This document shows positions 1 through 13,693 of a DNA stretch of 64,000 bases, piece after piece (within the stretch, counting starts at the first letter, position 1; each line of letters begins with the position of its first letter). Source of the stretch: the human T2T-CHM13v2.0 reference genome, Homo sapiens; NCBI RefSeq assembly GCF_009914755.1, contig NC_060946.1; one strand, given 5' to 3'. The translations under genes were made by a program, and so were the position numbers. The notes beneath the pieces are model-generated. The model was not told where the DNA came from and ran no database searches. It saw only the letters and a program-made list of their open reading frames with translations.

Positions 1-3000
1 ATTCTAAAAGACGACCGTTTCCATACTTCTCAATCAAAAGAAAGGTTAAATTCTCTGAGGTTAATGCCCACGTCAGAATGAAGTTTCTCAGAATTCTCCT
101 GTCTAGTTTCTATGTGAAGATATTTACTATTTCACAATAGGCTTCAAAGGTCTCAAAAATATCCCTTTGCAGATTCTACAAAAATACGGTTTCCACAGTG
201 CTGAATTAAAAGAAACCTTCAACTCTGTCAGATGAATGGAGACATCACAAAGAAGTTCCTCGGAATGCTTCTGTCTAGTTTAAATGTGAAGATATTTCTC
301 TTTCACCACAGACCTCAAATGGCTCAGAAATATGCCATTGCAGATTGCAGAAAAAGACTGTCTCTAAACTGCTCAAATAAAATAAAGTTTCAACACTGTG
401 AGATGAATGCACACATCACAAAGAAGTTTCTCAGAAAGCTTCTGTCTAGTTTTTATGTGAAGATATTTCCTTTTTCAGCATAGTCCTTACACCGCTCACA
501 AATATCCTTCGGCACATACTAGAAAAAGACTGTTTCCAAACTGCTCCATCAAAAGAAAATTTCACCTACCTGAGAGGAATGCACACATCATAAAGAAGTT
601 TCTCAGAATTCTTCTGTCTAGATTTTATGTGAAGATATTTCCATTTTCACCTCAGGCCACAAAGCGCTCCAAACATCCCTTTGCAGATGATACGAAAAGA
701 CTGTTTCCAAACTGCTCAATCAAAAGAAATTTTCAACTCTGTGAGATGAAAGCACACATCACAGAAAAGTTTCTCAGAAATCTTCTGTGTAGTTTTTATC
801 TCAAGATAATTCCTATTTTGCCATAGGAATCAAGGGGCTCACAAATATCCCTTTGCAGATTCTACAAAAGTTCTGTTTACAAACCTCTCAATCAAAAGAA
901 ACGTTCAACATTGTGAGATGAATGAACACATCACAAAGAAGTTTCTCAGAATGCTTCTGTCTGGTTACTCTGTGAAGATATTTTTTTTTCACCACAGTCT
1001 TTAAGCCACTCAAAAATATCTGTCTGCAGACACTACAAAAAGACTGTTTCCAAACTGGCCCATATAGCATGTTTCAACTATGTGAAATGAATGCACTCAT
1101 CAAAGAGAAGTTTCTCAGAATTCTTCTGTCTAGTTTTTATGTGAAGATATTTCCTTCTTCACCGTAGGCCGCAAATTGCTCCAAATATCCATTTGCGGAT
1201 TCTACAGAAAGAATGTTTCCAAACTGGTCAATCAACAGAAAGGCTCAACTCTGTGAGACGAAAGCACACATCACAAAGAAGTTTCTCAGAAAGCTTCTGT
1301 CTACATTTTTTGTGAAGGTATTTCCTTTGGCACCGTAGGCCTTAAACCACTCACAAACATAACTCCGCTTATACTACCAAGAGACTTTCTCCAAATTGCT
1401 AAATCAAAAGAAACGTTCAACTCTGTGAGATGAATACACACATCAAAAAGAAGTTTCTCAAAATGCTTCTGTCTAGTTTTCATGTGAAGATATTTATTTT
1501 TCACCATTGGCCCCAAACGGCTCAGAAATATCCCTTTGCAGTTTGTAGGAAAAGACTGTTTCCAAACTGCTCAATGAGAAGAAATGGTCAACTATTAGAG
1601 ATGAATGGAAATGTCACAAAGAGTTTTCTCAAAAAGCTACTGTGTCGTTTTTATGTGAAGACGTTTCCTTTTTCACTCTAGGCCTTAAAACTCTCTAAAT
1701 ATACATTCACAGATTCTACAAAAAGACTGATTCCAAACTGCTCAATCAGAAGAAAGGTTCAATTCCGTGTGACAAACGTGCACATCACAAAGAAATTTGT
1801 CAGAAAGCTTCTGTCTACTTTTTATGTGAAGATATTTCATATTTCAACAAAGGCCATAAAGGGCTCACAAATATCCCTTTGCAGATTCTAAGGAAAGACA
1901 TTTTCCAAACTCCTCAATCAAAAGAAAGGTTTCACTCTGTGCGATGAATGGACACATCACAAAGAAGTTTCTCAGAAAGCTTCTGTCTACTTTTTATGTG
2001 AGGCTATTTCTTGTTCACCATAGGCCTCAAGCAGCTAAGAAATTTCCCTCTGCAGCTTCTACAAAAGACTGGTTCCAAACTGCTCAACTGAAAGGAAGGT
2101 TGAATTCTGTGACATGAATTCACACATCACAAAGAGGTTTTTCAGAAATCTTCTGTCTAGTTTTTATGTGAAGATACTTCCTTTTTCACCAAGGGCCTCA
2201 AATATCTCCAAATATCCATTTGCAGATTCTACAGAAAGACTTCCCAAACTGCTCAATCAAAAGAAAGGTTCAACACAGTGAGATGAAGGCACACATCACA
2301 AAGGAGTTTCTCAGAAATCTCCTGTCTAGTTTTTGTGTGAAGATATTTGGTATTTCACCACAGGCCATAAGGGGCTCACAAATATCCCTTTGCAGGTTCT
2401 ACACAAAGACTGTTTCCAAACTGCTCAATCAAAAGAAAGGTTCAACTCTGTGACGTGAATGGACACATCACAAAAAATTTCTCGGAATGATTCCGTCTAG
2501 TTTTTATGGGAAGATGTTTCTCTTTCACCAGAAGCCTCAAACGGATCAGAATTCTCCCTTTGCAGATTCTACAATAAGCCTATTTCCAATCTGCTCAATC
2601 AAAAGAAAGTTTCAACTCTGTGAGGTGAATGCACACATCACAAGGGAGTTTCTCAGAAAGCTTCTGTTTAGTTTTTACGTGAAGATGTTTCGTTTTTCAA
2701 CATGGGCCTCAAAAGCTCTCCAAATATCCACTTGCAGATTCTAGAAAAAGAGTGTTTCCAAACTCCTCAATCAAAAGAAAGTTTCAATTCTGTGAGATGA
2801 AAGCACACATCACACCGAAGTTTCTTAGAAAGATTCTGTCTAGTTTTTATGTGAAGATACTTCACAGTGCATCTTAGTACCCAATGGGCTCAGAAATATC
2901 CCTTGGCAGATTCTACAAAAGGACTGTTTCAAAACTGCTCAATCCAAAGAAAGTTTCAACTATGTGAGATGAATGCACACATCACAAAGAAGTTCCTCAA

Positions 3001-3424
3001 AATGCTTCTGTCTAGTTTATATGTGAAGAAGATTCCTATTTCACCATAGGCAATAAAGGGCTCACAAATATTTTTTGCAGATTCTACAAAAAGACTGTGT
3101 CCAAACTGCTCAAAAAAAAGAAAGTTTTAACTCTGTTAGATTAACGGACACATCGAAAAGTAGTTTCTCAGAAAACTTCTGTTTAGTTTTTATGAGAAAA
3201 TATTTCCTTTGCCACCATTGGCCTCAAAGCACTCCTAATATCCATTTACAGATTTCACAAAAAGAGTGTTTCCAAACAGCTCAATCAAAAGAAAGTGTTT
3301 AACTCTGTGAGGTGAAAGCACACATCTCCAAGAAGTTTCTCAGAAAGCTTCGGTCTACTTTTCATGTGAAGATATTTCCAGTTTCACCGTAGGCCTCAAA
3401 GGGCTAAGAAATATCCCTTTGCAG
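1..3424 (-). repeat. HOR unit U1 (20-mer, 3424 bp, haplotype A); unit phase arbitrarily set at window start
   Basis: attctaaaagacgaccgttt at 1 recurs at 3425; 20 monomer anchors counted. Confidence 0.95.
465..483 (+). other. Example of an A-type (pJalpha-box-like) motif occupying the CENP-B-box position of the monomer
   Basis: atttcctttttcagcatag resembles the pJalpha box TTCCTTTTYCACCRTAG; degenerate versions sit at the same position in the other monomers (e.g. ttccttcttcaccgtag at ~1151). Confidence 0.7.
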
Positions 3425-6400
3425 ATTCTAAAAGACGACCGTTTCCATACTTCTCAATCAAAAGAAAGGTTAAATTCTCTGAGGTTAATGCCCACGTCAG
3501 AATGAAGTTTCTCAGAATTCTCCTGTCTAGTTTCTATGTGAAGATATTTACTATTTCACAATAGGCTTCAAAGGTCTCAAAAATATCCCTTTGCAGATTC
3601 TACAAAAATACGGTTTCCACAGTGCTGAATTAAAAGAAACCTTCAACTCTGTCAGATGAATGGAGACATCACAAAGAAGTTCCTCGGAATGCTTCTGTCT
3701 AGTTTAAATGTGAAGATATTTCTCTTTCACCACAGACCTCAAATGGCTCAGAAATATGCCATTGCAGATTGCAGAAAAAGACTGTCTCTAAACTGCTCAA
3801 ATAAAATAAAGTTTCAACACTGTGAGATGAATGCACACATCACAAAGAAGTTTCTCAGAAAGCTTCTGTCTAGTTTTTATGTGAAGATATTTCCTTTTTC
3901 AGCATAGTCCTTACACCGCTCACAAATATCCTTCGGCACATACTAGAAAAAGACTGTTTCCAAACTGCTCCATCAAAAGAAAATTTCACCTACCTGAGAG
4001 GAATGCACACATCATAAAGAAGTTTCTCAGAATTCTTCTGTCTAGATTTTATGTGAAGATATTTCCATTTTCACCTCAGGCCACAAAGCGCTCCAAACAT
4101 CCCTTTGCAGATGATACGAAAAGACTGTTTCCAAACTGCTCAATCAAAAGAAATTTTCAACTCTGTGAGATGAAAGCACACATCACAGAAAAGTTTCTCA
4201 GAAATCTTCTGTGTAGTTTTTATCTCAAGATAATTCCTATTTTGCCATAGGAATCAAGGGGCTCACAAATATCCCTTTGCAGATTCTACAAAAGTTCTGT
4301 TTACAAACCTCTCAATCAAAAGAAACGTTCAACATTGTGAGATGAATGAACACATCACAAAGAAGTTTCTCAGAATGCTTCTGTCTGGTTACTCTGTGAA
4401 GATATTTTTTTTTCACCACAGTCTTTAAGCCACTCAAAAATATCTGTCTGCAGACACTACAAAAAGACTGTTTCCAAACTGGCCCATATAGCATGTTTCA
4501 ACTATGTGAAATGAATGCACTCATCAAAGAGAAGTTTCTCAGAATTCTTCTGTCTAGTTTTTATGTGAAGATATTTCCTTCTTCACCGTAGGCCGCAAAT
4601 TGCTCCAAATATCCATTTGCGGATTCTACAGAAAGAATGTTTCCAAACTGGTCAATCAACAGAAAGGCTCAACTCTGTGAGACGAAAGCACACATCACAA
4701 AGAAGTTTCTCAGAAAGCTTCTGTCTACATTTTTTGTGAAGGTATTTCCTTTGGCACCGTAGGCCTTAAACCACTCACAAACATAACTCCGCTTATACTA
4801 CCAAGAGACTTTCTCCAAATTGCTAAATCAAAAGAAACGTTCAACTCTGTGAGATGAATACACACATCAAAAAGAAGTTTCTCAAAATGCTTCTGTCTAG
4901 TTTTCATGTGAAGATATTTATTTTTCACCATTGGCCCCAAACGGCTCAGAAATATCCCTTTGCAGTTTGTAGGAAAAGACTGTTTCCAAACTGCTCAATG
5001 AGAAGAAATGGTCAACTATTAGAGATGAATGGAAATGTCACAAAGAGTTTTCTCAAAAAGCTACTGTGTCGTTTTTATGTGAAGACGTTTCCTTTTTCAC
5101 TCTAGGCCTTAAAACTCTCTAAATATACATTCACAGATTCTACAAAAAGACTGATTCCAAACTGCTCAATCAGAAGAAAGGTTCAATTCCGTGTGACAAA
5201 CGTGCACATCACAAAGAAATTTGTCAGAAAGCTTCTGTCTACTTTTTATGTGAAGATATTTCATATTTCAACAAAGGCCATAAAGGGCTCACAAATATCC
5301 CTTTGCAGATTCTAAGGAAAGACATTTTCCAAACTCCTCAATCAAAAGAAAGGTTTCACTCTGTGCGATGAATGGACACATCACAAAGAAGTTTCTCAGA
5401 AAGCTTCTGTCTACTTTTTATGTGAGGCTATTTCTTGTTCACCATAGGCCTCAAGCAGCTAAGAAATTTCCCTCTGCAGCTTCTACAAAAGACTGGTTCC
5501 AAACTGCTCAACTGAAAGGAAGGTTGAATTCTGTGACATGAATTCACACATCACAAAGAGGTTTTTCAGAAATCTTCTGTCTAGTTTTTATGTGAAGATA
5601 CTTCCTTTTTCACCAAGGGCCTCAAATATCTCCAAATATCCATTTGCAGATTCTACAGAAAGACTTCCCAAACTGCTCAATCAAAAGAAAGGTTCAACAC
5701 AGTGAGATGAAGGCACACATCACAAAGGAGTTTCTCAGAAATCTCCTGTCTAGTTTTTGTGTGAAGATATTTGGTATTTCACCACAGGCCATAAGGGGCT
5801 CACAAATATCCCTTTGCAGGTTCTACACAAAGACTGTTTCCAAACTGCTCAATCAAAAGAAAGGTTCAACTCTGTGACGTGAATGGACACATCACAAAAA
5901 ATTTCTCGGAATGATTCCGTCTAGTTTTTATGGGAAGATGTTTCTCTTTCACCAGAAGCCTCAAACGGATCAGAATTCTCCCTTTGCAGATTCTACAATA
6001 AGCCTATTTCCAATCTGCTCAATCAAAAGAAAGTTTCAACTCTGTGAGGTGAATGCACACATCACAAGGGAGTTTCTCAGAAAGCTTCTGTTTAGTTTTT
6101 ACGTGAAGATGTTTCGTTTTTCAACATGGGCCTCAAAAGCTCTCCAAATATCCACTTGCAGATTCTAGAAAAAGAGTGTTTCCAAACTCCTCAATCAAAA
6201 GAAAGTTTCAATTCTGTGAGATGAAAGCACACATCACACCGAAGTTTCTTAGAAAGATTCTGTCTAGTTTTTATGTGAAGATACTTCACAGTGCATCTTA
6301 GTACCCAATGGGCTCAGAAATATCCCTTGGCAGATTCTACAAAAGGACTGTTTCAAAACTGCTCAATCCAAAGAAAGTTTCAACTATGTGAGATGAATGC

Positions 6401-6848
6401 ACACATCACAAAGAAGTTCCTCAAAATGCTTCTGTCTAGTTTATATGTGAAGAAGATTCCTATTTCACCATAGGCAATAAAGGGCTCACAAATATTTTTT
6501 GCAGATTCTACAAAAAGACTGTGTCCAAACTGCTCAAAAAAAAGAAAGTTTTAACTCTGTTAGATTAACGGACACATCGAAAAGTAGTTTCTCAGAAAAC
6601 TTCTGTTTAGTTTTTATGAGAAAATATTTCCTTTGCCACCATTGGCCTCAAAGCACTCCTAATATCCATTTACAGATTTCACAAAAAGAGTGTTTCCAAA
6701 CAGCTCAATCAAAAGAAAGTGTTTAACTCTGTGAGGTGAAAGCACACATCTCCAAGAAGTTTCTCAGAAAGCTTCGGTCTACTTTTCATGTGAAGATATT
6801 TCCAGTTTCACCGTAGGCCTCAAAGGGCTAAGAAATATCCCTTTGCAG
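3425..6848 (-). repeat. HOR unit U2 (20-mer, 3424 bp, haplotype A)
   Basis: Appears identical to U1; all ORF translations are identical at +3424. Confidence 0.95.
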
Positions 6849-9800
6849 ATTCTAAAAGACGACCGTTTCCATACTTCTCAATCAAAAGAAAGGTTAAATT
6901 CTCTGAGGTTAATGCCCACGTCAGAATGAAGTTTCTCAGAATTCTCCTGTCTAGTTTCTATGTGAAGATATTTACTATTTCACAATAGGCTTCAAAGGTC
7001 TCAAAAATATCCCTTTGCAGATTCTACAAAAATACGGTTTCCACAGTGCTGAATTAAAAGAAACCTTCAACTCTGTCAGATGAATGGAGACATCACAAAG
7101 AAGTTCCTCGGAATGCTTCTGTCTAGTTTAAATGTGAAGATATTTCTCTTTCACCACAGACCTCAAATGGCTCAGAAATATGCCATTGCAGATTGCAGAA
7201 AAAGACTGTCTCTAAACTGCTCAAATAAAATAAAGTTTCAACACTGTGAGATGAATGCACACATCACAAAGAAGTTTCTCAGAAAGCTTCTGTCTAGTTT
7301 TTATGTGAAGATATTTCCTTTTTCAGCATAGTCCTTACACCGCTCACAAATATCCTTCGGCACATACTAGAAAAAGACTGTTTCCAAACTGCTCCATCAA
7401 AAGAAAATTTCACCTACCTGAGAGGAATGCACACATCATAAAGAAGTTTCTCAGAATTCTTCTGTCTAGATTTTATGTGAAGATATTTCCATTTTCACCT
7501 CAGGCCACAAAGCGCTCCAAACATCCCTTTGCAGATGATACGAAAAGACTGTTTCCAAACTGCTCAATCAAAAGAAATTTTCAACTCTGTGAGATGAAAG
7601 CACACATCACAGAAAAGTTTCTCAGAAATCTTCTGTGTAGTTTTTATCTCAAGATAATTCCTATTTTGCCATAGGAATCAAGGGGCTCACAAATATCCCT
7701 TTGCAGATTCTACAAAAGTTCTGTTTACAAACCTCTCAATCAAAAGAAACGTTCAACATTGTGAGATGAATGAACACATCACAAAGAAGTTTCTCAGAAT
7801 GCTTCTGTCTGGTTACTCTGTGAAGATATTTTTTTTTCACCACAGTCTTTAAGCCACTCAAAAATATCTGTCTGCAGACACTACAAAAAGACTGTTTCCA
7901 AACTGGCCCATATAGCATGTTTCAACTATGTGAAATGAATGCACTCATCAAAGAGAAGTTTCTCAGAATTCTTCTGTCTAGTTTTTATGTGAAGATATTT
8001 CCTTCTTCACCGTAGGCCGCAAATTGCTCCAAATATCCATTTGCGGATTCTACAGAAAGAATGTTTCCAAACTGGTCAATCAACAGAAAGGCTCAACTCT
8101 GTGAGACGAAAGCACACATCACAAAGAAGTTTCTCAGAAAGCTTCTGTCTACATTTTTTGTGAAGGTATTTCCTTTGGCACCGTAGGCCTTAAACCACTC
8201 ACAAACATAACTCCGCTTATACTACCAAGAGACTTTCTCCAAATTGCTAAATCAAAAGAAACGTTCAACTCTGTGAGATGAATACACACATCAAAAAGAA
8301 GTTTCTCAAAATGCTTCTGTCTAGTTTTCATGTGAAGATATTTATTTTTCACCATTGGCCCCAAACGGCTCAGAAATATCCCTTTGCAGTTTGTAGGAAA
8401 AGACTGTTTCCAAACTGCTCAATGAGAAGAAATGGTCAACTATTAGAGATGAATGGAAATGTCACAAAGAGTTTTCTCAAAAAGCTACTGTGTCGTTTTT
8501 ATGTGAAGACGTTTCCTTTTTCACTCTAGGCCTTAAAACTCTCTAAATATACATTCACAGATTCTACAAAAAGACTGATTCCAAACTGCTCAATCAGAAG
8601 AAAGGTTCAATTCCGTGTGACAAACGTGCACATCACAAAGAAATTTGTCAGAAAGCTTCTGTCTACTTTTTATGTGAAGATATTTCATATTTCAACAAAG
8701 GCCATAAAGGGCTCACAAATATCCCTTTGCAGATTCTAAGGAAAGACATTTTCCAAACTCCTCAATCAAAAGAAAGGTTTCACTCTGTGCGATGAATGGA
8801 CACATCACAAAGAAGTTTCTCAGAAAGCTTCTGTCTACTTTTTATGTGAGGCTATTTCTTGTTCACCATAGGCCTCAAGCAGCTAAGAAATTTCCCTCTG
8901 CAGCTTCTACAAAAGACTGGTTCCAAACTGCTCAACTGAAAGGAAGGTTGAATTCTGTGACATGAATTCACACATCACAAAGAGGTTTTTCAGAAATCTT
9001 CTGTCTAGTTTTATGTGAAGATACTTCCTTTTTCACCAAGGGCCTCAAATATCTCCAAATATCCATTTGCAGATTCTACAGAAAGACTTCCCAAACTGCT
9101 CAAACAAAAGAAAGGTTCAACACAGTGAGATGAAGGCACACATCACAAAGAAGTTTCTCAGAAATCTCCTGTCTAGTTTTTGTGTGAAGATATTTCGTAT
9201 TTCACCACAGGCCATAAGGGGCTCACAAATATCCCTTTGCAGGTTCTGCACAAAGACTGTTTCCAAACTGCTCAATCAAAAGAAAGTTCAACTCTGTGAC
9301 GTGAATGGACACATCACAAAAAATTTCTCGGAATGATTCCTTGTAGTTTTTATGGGAAGATGTTTCTCTTTCACCAGAAGCCTCAAACGGATCAGAATTC
9401 TCCCTTTGCAGATTGTACAGTAAGCCTCTTTCCAATCTGCTCAATCAAAAGAAAGTTTCAACTCTGGGAGGTGAATGCACACATCACAAGGGAGTTTCTC
9501 AGAAAGCTTCTGTTTAGTTTGTACATGAAGATGTTTCGTTTTTCAACATGGGCCTCAAAAGCTCTCCAAATATCCACTTGCAGATTCTAGAAAAAGAGTG
9601 TTTCCAAACTCCTCAGTCAAAAGAAAGTTTCAATTCTGTGAGATGAAAGCACACATCACTCCGAAGTTTCTTAGAAAGCTTCTGTCTAGTTTTTATGTGA
9701 AGATACTTCACAGTGCATCATAGTACTCAATGGGCTCAGAAATATCCCTTGGCAGATTCTACAAAAGGACTGTTTCAAAACTGCTCAATCCAAAGAAAGT

Positions 9801-10270
9801 TTCAACTATGTGAGATGAATGCACACATCACAAAGAAGTTCCTCAGAATGCTTCTGTCTAGTTTATATGTGAAGAAGATTCCTATTTCACCATAGGCAAT
9901 AAAGGGCTCACAAATATGTTTTGCAGATTCTACAAAAAGACTGTGTCCAAACTGCTCAATAAAAAGAAAGTTTTAACTCTGTTAGATTAACGGACACATC
10001 GAAAAGTAGTTTCTCAGAAAACTTCTCTTTAGTTTTTATGAGAAGATATTTCCTTTGCCACCATTGGCCTCAAAGCACTCCTAATATGCATTTACAGATT
10101 TCACAAAAAGAGTGTTTCCAAACAGCTCAATCAAAAGAAAGTGTTTAACTCTGTGAGGTGAAAGCACACATCTCAATGAAGTTTCTCAGAAAGCTTCGGT
10201 CTACTTTTCATGTGAAGATATTTCCAGTTTCACCGTAGGCCTCAAAGGGCTAAGAAATATCCCATTCCAG
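6849..10270 (-). repeat. HOR unit U3 (20-mer, 3422 bp, A/B recombinant)
   Basis: A-type alleles up to ~8313, B-type alleles from ~9008; three 1-bp deletions relative to the 3425-bp form (~7830, ~9010, ~9286). Confidence 0.9.
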
Positions 10271-13200
10271 ATTTTAAAAGACGACCGTTTCCATACTTCT
10301 CAATCAAAAGAAAGGTTAAATTCTCTGAGGTTAATGCCCACGTCAGAATGAAGTTTCTCAGAATTCTCCTGTCTAGTTTCTATGTGAAGATATTTAGTAT
10401 TTCTCTGTAGGCTTCAAAGGTCTCAAAAATATCCCTTTGCAGATTCTACAAAAATACGGTTTCCACAGTGCTGAATTAAAAAAACCTTCAACTCTGTCAG
10501 ATGAATGGAGACATCACAAAGAAGTTCCTCGGAATGCTTCTGTCTAGTTTAAATGTGAAGATATTTCTCTTTCACCACAGACCTCAAATGGCTCAGAAAT
10601 ATGCCATTGCAGATTGCAGAAAAAGACTGTCTCTAAACTGCTCAAATAAAATAAAGTTTCAACACTGTGAGATGAATGCACACATCACAAAGAAGTTTCT
10701 CAGAAAGCTTCTGTCTAGTTTTTATGTGAAGATATTTCCTTTTTCAGCATAGTCCTTACACCGCTCACAAATATCCTTCTGCAGATACTAGAAAAAGACT
10801 GTTTCCAAACTGCTCCATCAAAAGAAAATTTCACCTACCTGAGAGGAATGCACACATCATAAAGAAGTTTCTCAGAATTCTTCTGTCTAGATTTTATGTG
10901 AAGATATTTCCATTTTCACCTCAGGCCACAAAGCGCTCCAAACATCCCTTTGCAGATGATACGAAAAGACTGTTTCCAAACTGCTCAATCAAAAGAAATT
11001 TTCAACTCTGTGAGATGAAAGCACACATCACAGAAAAGTTTCTCAGAAATCTTCTGTGTAGTTTTTATCTCAAGATAATTCCTATTTTGCCATAGGAATC
11101 AAGGGGCTCACAAATATCCCTTTGCAGATTCTACAAAAGTTCTGTTTACAAACCTCTCAATCAAAAGAAACGTTCAACATTGTGAGATGAATGAACACAT
11201 CACAAAGAAGTTTCTCAGAATGCTTCTGTCTGGTTACTCTGTGAAGATATTTCTTTTTTCACCACAGTCTTTAAGCCACTCAAAAATATCTGTCTGCAGA
11301 CACTACAAAAAGACTGTTTCCAAACTGGCCCATATAGCATGTTTCAACTATGTGAAATGAATGCACTCATCAAAGAGAAGTTTCTCAGAATTCTTCTGTC
11401 TAGTTTTTATGTGAAGATATTTCCTTCTTCACTGTAGGCCGCAAATTGCTCCAAATATCCATTTGCGGATTCTACAGAAAGAATGTTTCCAAACTGGTCA
11501 ATCAACAGAAAGGCTCAACTCTGTGAGACGAAAGCACACATCACAAAGAAGTTTCTCAGAAAGCTTCTGTCTACATTTTTTGTGAAGGTATTTCCTTTGG
11601 CACCGTAGGCCTTAAACCACTCACAAACATAACTCCGCTTATACTACCAAGAGACTTTCTCCAAATTGCTAAATCAAAAGAAACGTTCAACTCTGTGAGA
11701 TGAATACACACATCAAAAAGAAGTTTCTCAAAATGGTTCTGTCTAGTTTTCATGTGAAGATATTTATTTTTCACCATTGGCCCCAAACGGCTCAGAAATA
11801 TCCCTTTGCAGTTTGTAGGAAAAGACTGTTTCCAAACTGCTCAATGAGAAGAAATGGTCAACTATTAGAGATGAATGGAAATGTCACAAAGAGTTTTCTC
11901 AAAAAGCTACTGTGTCGTTTTTATGTGAAGACGTTTCCTTTTTCACTCTAGGCCTTAAAACTCTCTAAATATACATTCACAGATTCTACAAAAAGACTGA
12001 TTCCAAACTGCTCAATCAGAAGAAAGGTTCAATTCCGTGTGACAAACGTGCACATCACAAAGAAATTTGTCAGAAAGCTTCTGTCTACTTTTTATGTGAA
12101 GATATTTCATATTTCAACAAAGGCCATAAAGGGCTCACAAATATCCCTTTGCAGATTCTAAGGAAAGACATTTTCCAAACTCCTCAATCAAAAGAAAGGT
12201 TTCACTCTGTGCGATGAATGGACACATCACAAAGAAGTTTCTCAGAAAGCTTCTGTCTACTTTTTATGTGAGGCTATTTCTTGTTCACCATAGGCCTCAA
12301 GCAGCTAAGAAATTTCCCTCTGCAGCTTCTACAAAAGACTGGTTCCAAACTGCTCAACTGAAAGGAAGGTTGAATTCTGTGACATGAATTCACACATCAC
12401 AAAGAGGTTTTTCAGAAATCTTCTGTCTAGTTTTATGTGAAGATACTTCCTTTTTCACCAAGGGCCTCAAATATCTCCAAATATCCATTTGCAGATTCTA
12501 CAGAAAGACTTCCCAAACTGCTCAAACAAAAGAAAGGTTCAACACAGTGAGATGAAGGCACACATCACAAAGAAGTTTCTCAGAAATCTCCTGTCTAGTT
12601 TTTGTGTGAAGATATTTCGTATTTCACCACAGGCCATAAGGGGCTCACAAATATCCCTTTGCAGGTTCTACACAAAGACTGTTTCCAAACTGCTCAATCA
12701 AAAGAAAGGTTCAACTCTGTGACGTGAATGGACACATCACAAAAAATTTCTCGGAATGATTCCTTGTAGTTTTTATGGGAAGATGTTTCTCTTTCACCAG
12801 AAGCCTCAAACGGATCAGAATTCTCCCTTTGCAGATTGTACAGTAAGCCTCTTTCCAATCTGCTCAATCAAAAGAAAGTTTCAACTCTGGGAGGTGAATG
12901 CACACATCACAAGGGAGTTTCTCAGAAAGCTTCTGTTTAGTTTTTACATGAAGATGTTTCGTTTTTCAACATGGGCCTCAAAAGCTCTCCAAATATCCAC
13001 TTGCAGATTCTAGAAAAAGAGTGTTTCCAAACTCCTCAGTCAAAAGAAAGTTTCAATTGTGTGAGATGAAAGCACACATCACTCCGAAGTTTCTTAGAAA
13101 GCTTCTGTCTAGTTTTTATGTGAAGATACTTCACAGTGCATCATAGTACTCAATGGGCTCAGAAATATCCCTTGGCAGATTCTACAAAAGGACTGTTTCA

Positions 13201-13693
13201 AAACTGCTCAATCCAAAGAAAGTTTCAACTATGTGAGATGAATGCACACATCACAAAGAAGTTCCTCAGAATGCTTCTGTCTAGTTTATATGTGAAGAAG
13301 ATTCCTATTTCACCATAGGCAATAAAGGGCTCACAAATATGTTTTGCAGATTCTACAAAAAGACTGTGTCCAAACTGCTCAATAAAAAGAAAGTTTTAAC
13401 TCTGTTAGATTAACGGACACATCGAAAAGTAGTTTCTCAGAAAACTTCTCTTTAGTTTTTATGAGAAGATATTTCCTTTGCCACCATTGGCCTCAAAGCA
13501 CTCCTAATATCCATTTACAGATTTCACAAAAAGAGTGTTTCCAAACAGCTCAATCAAAAGAAAGTGTTTAACTCTGTGAGGTGAAAGCACACATCTCAAT
13601 GAAGTTTCTCAGAAAGCTTCGGTCTACTTTTCATGTGAAGATATTTCCAGTTTCACCGTAGGCCTCAAAGGGCTAAGAAATATCCCATTCCAG
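10271..13693 (-). repeat. HOR unit U4 (20-mer, 3423 bp, early haplotype B with some A alleles)
   Basis: Starts attttaaaagacgaccg; private 1-bp loss in gaattaaaaaaacc (~10480); keeps the A alleles ctgtgtag and atttccatt. Confidence 0.9.

Noticed and set aside
375-386. AATAAA polyadenylation-like signals and TATA-like words
   Set aside because: Expected by chance in an AT-rich satellite; there is no transcript context in the sequence.
3371-3395. Possible CENP-B boxes (tttccagtttcaccgtagg here; tttcgtttttcaacatgg at ~2688)
   Set aside because: Neither has the required core (CCCG..T....CGAA on this strand); each has only one CpG. They are A-type variants.
1-3424. Identification as DYZ3, or as an active SF1-3 HOR
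   Set aside because: DYZ3 also lacks CENP-B boxes but has a 34-mer (~5.8 kb) period. SF1-3 arrays have CENP-B boxes and dimeric or pentameric substructure, which I did not see.
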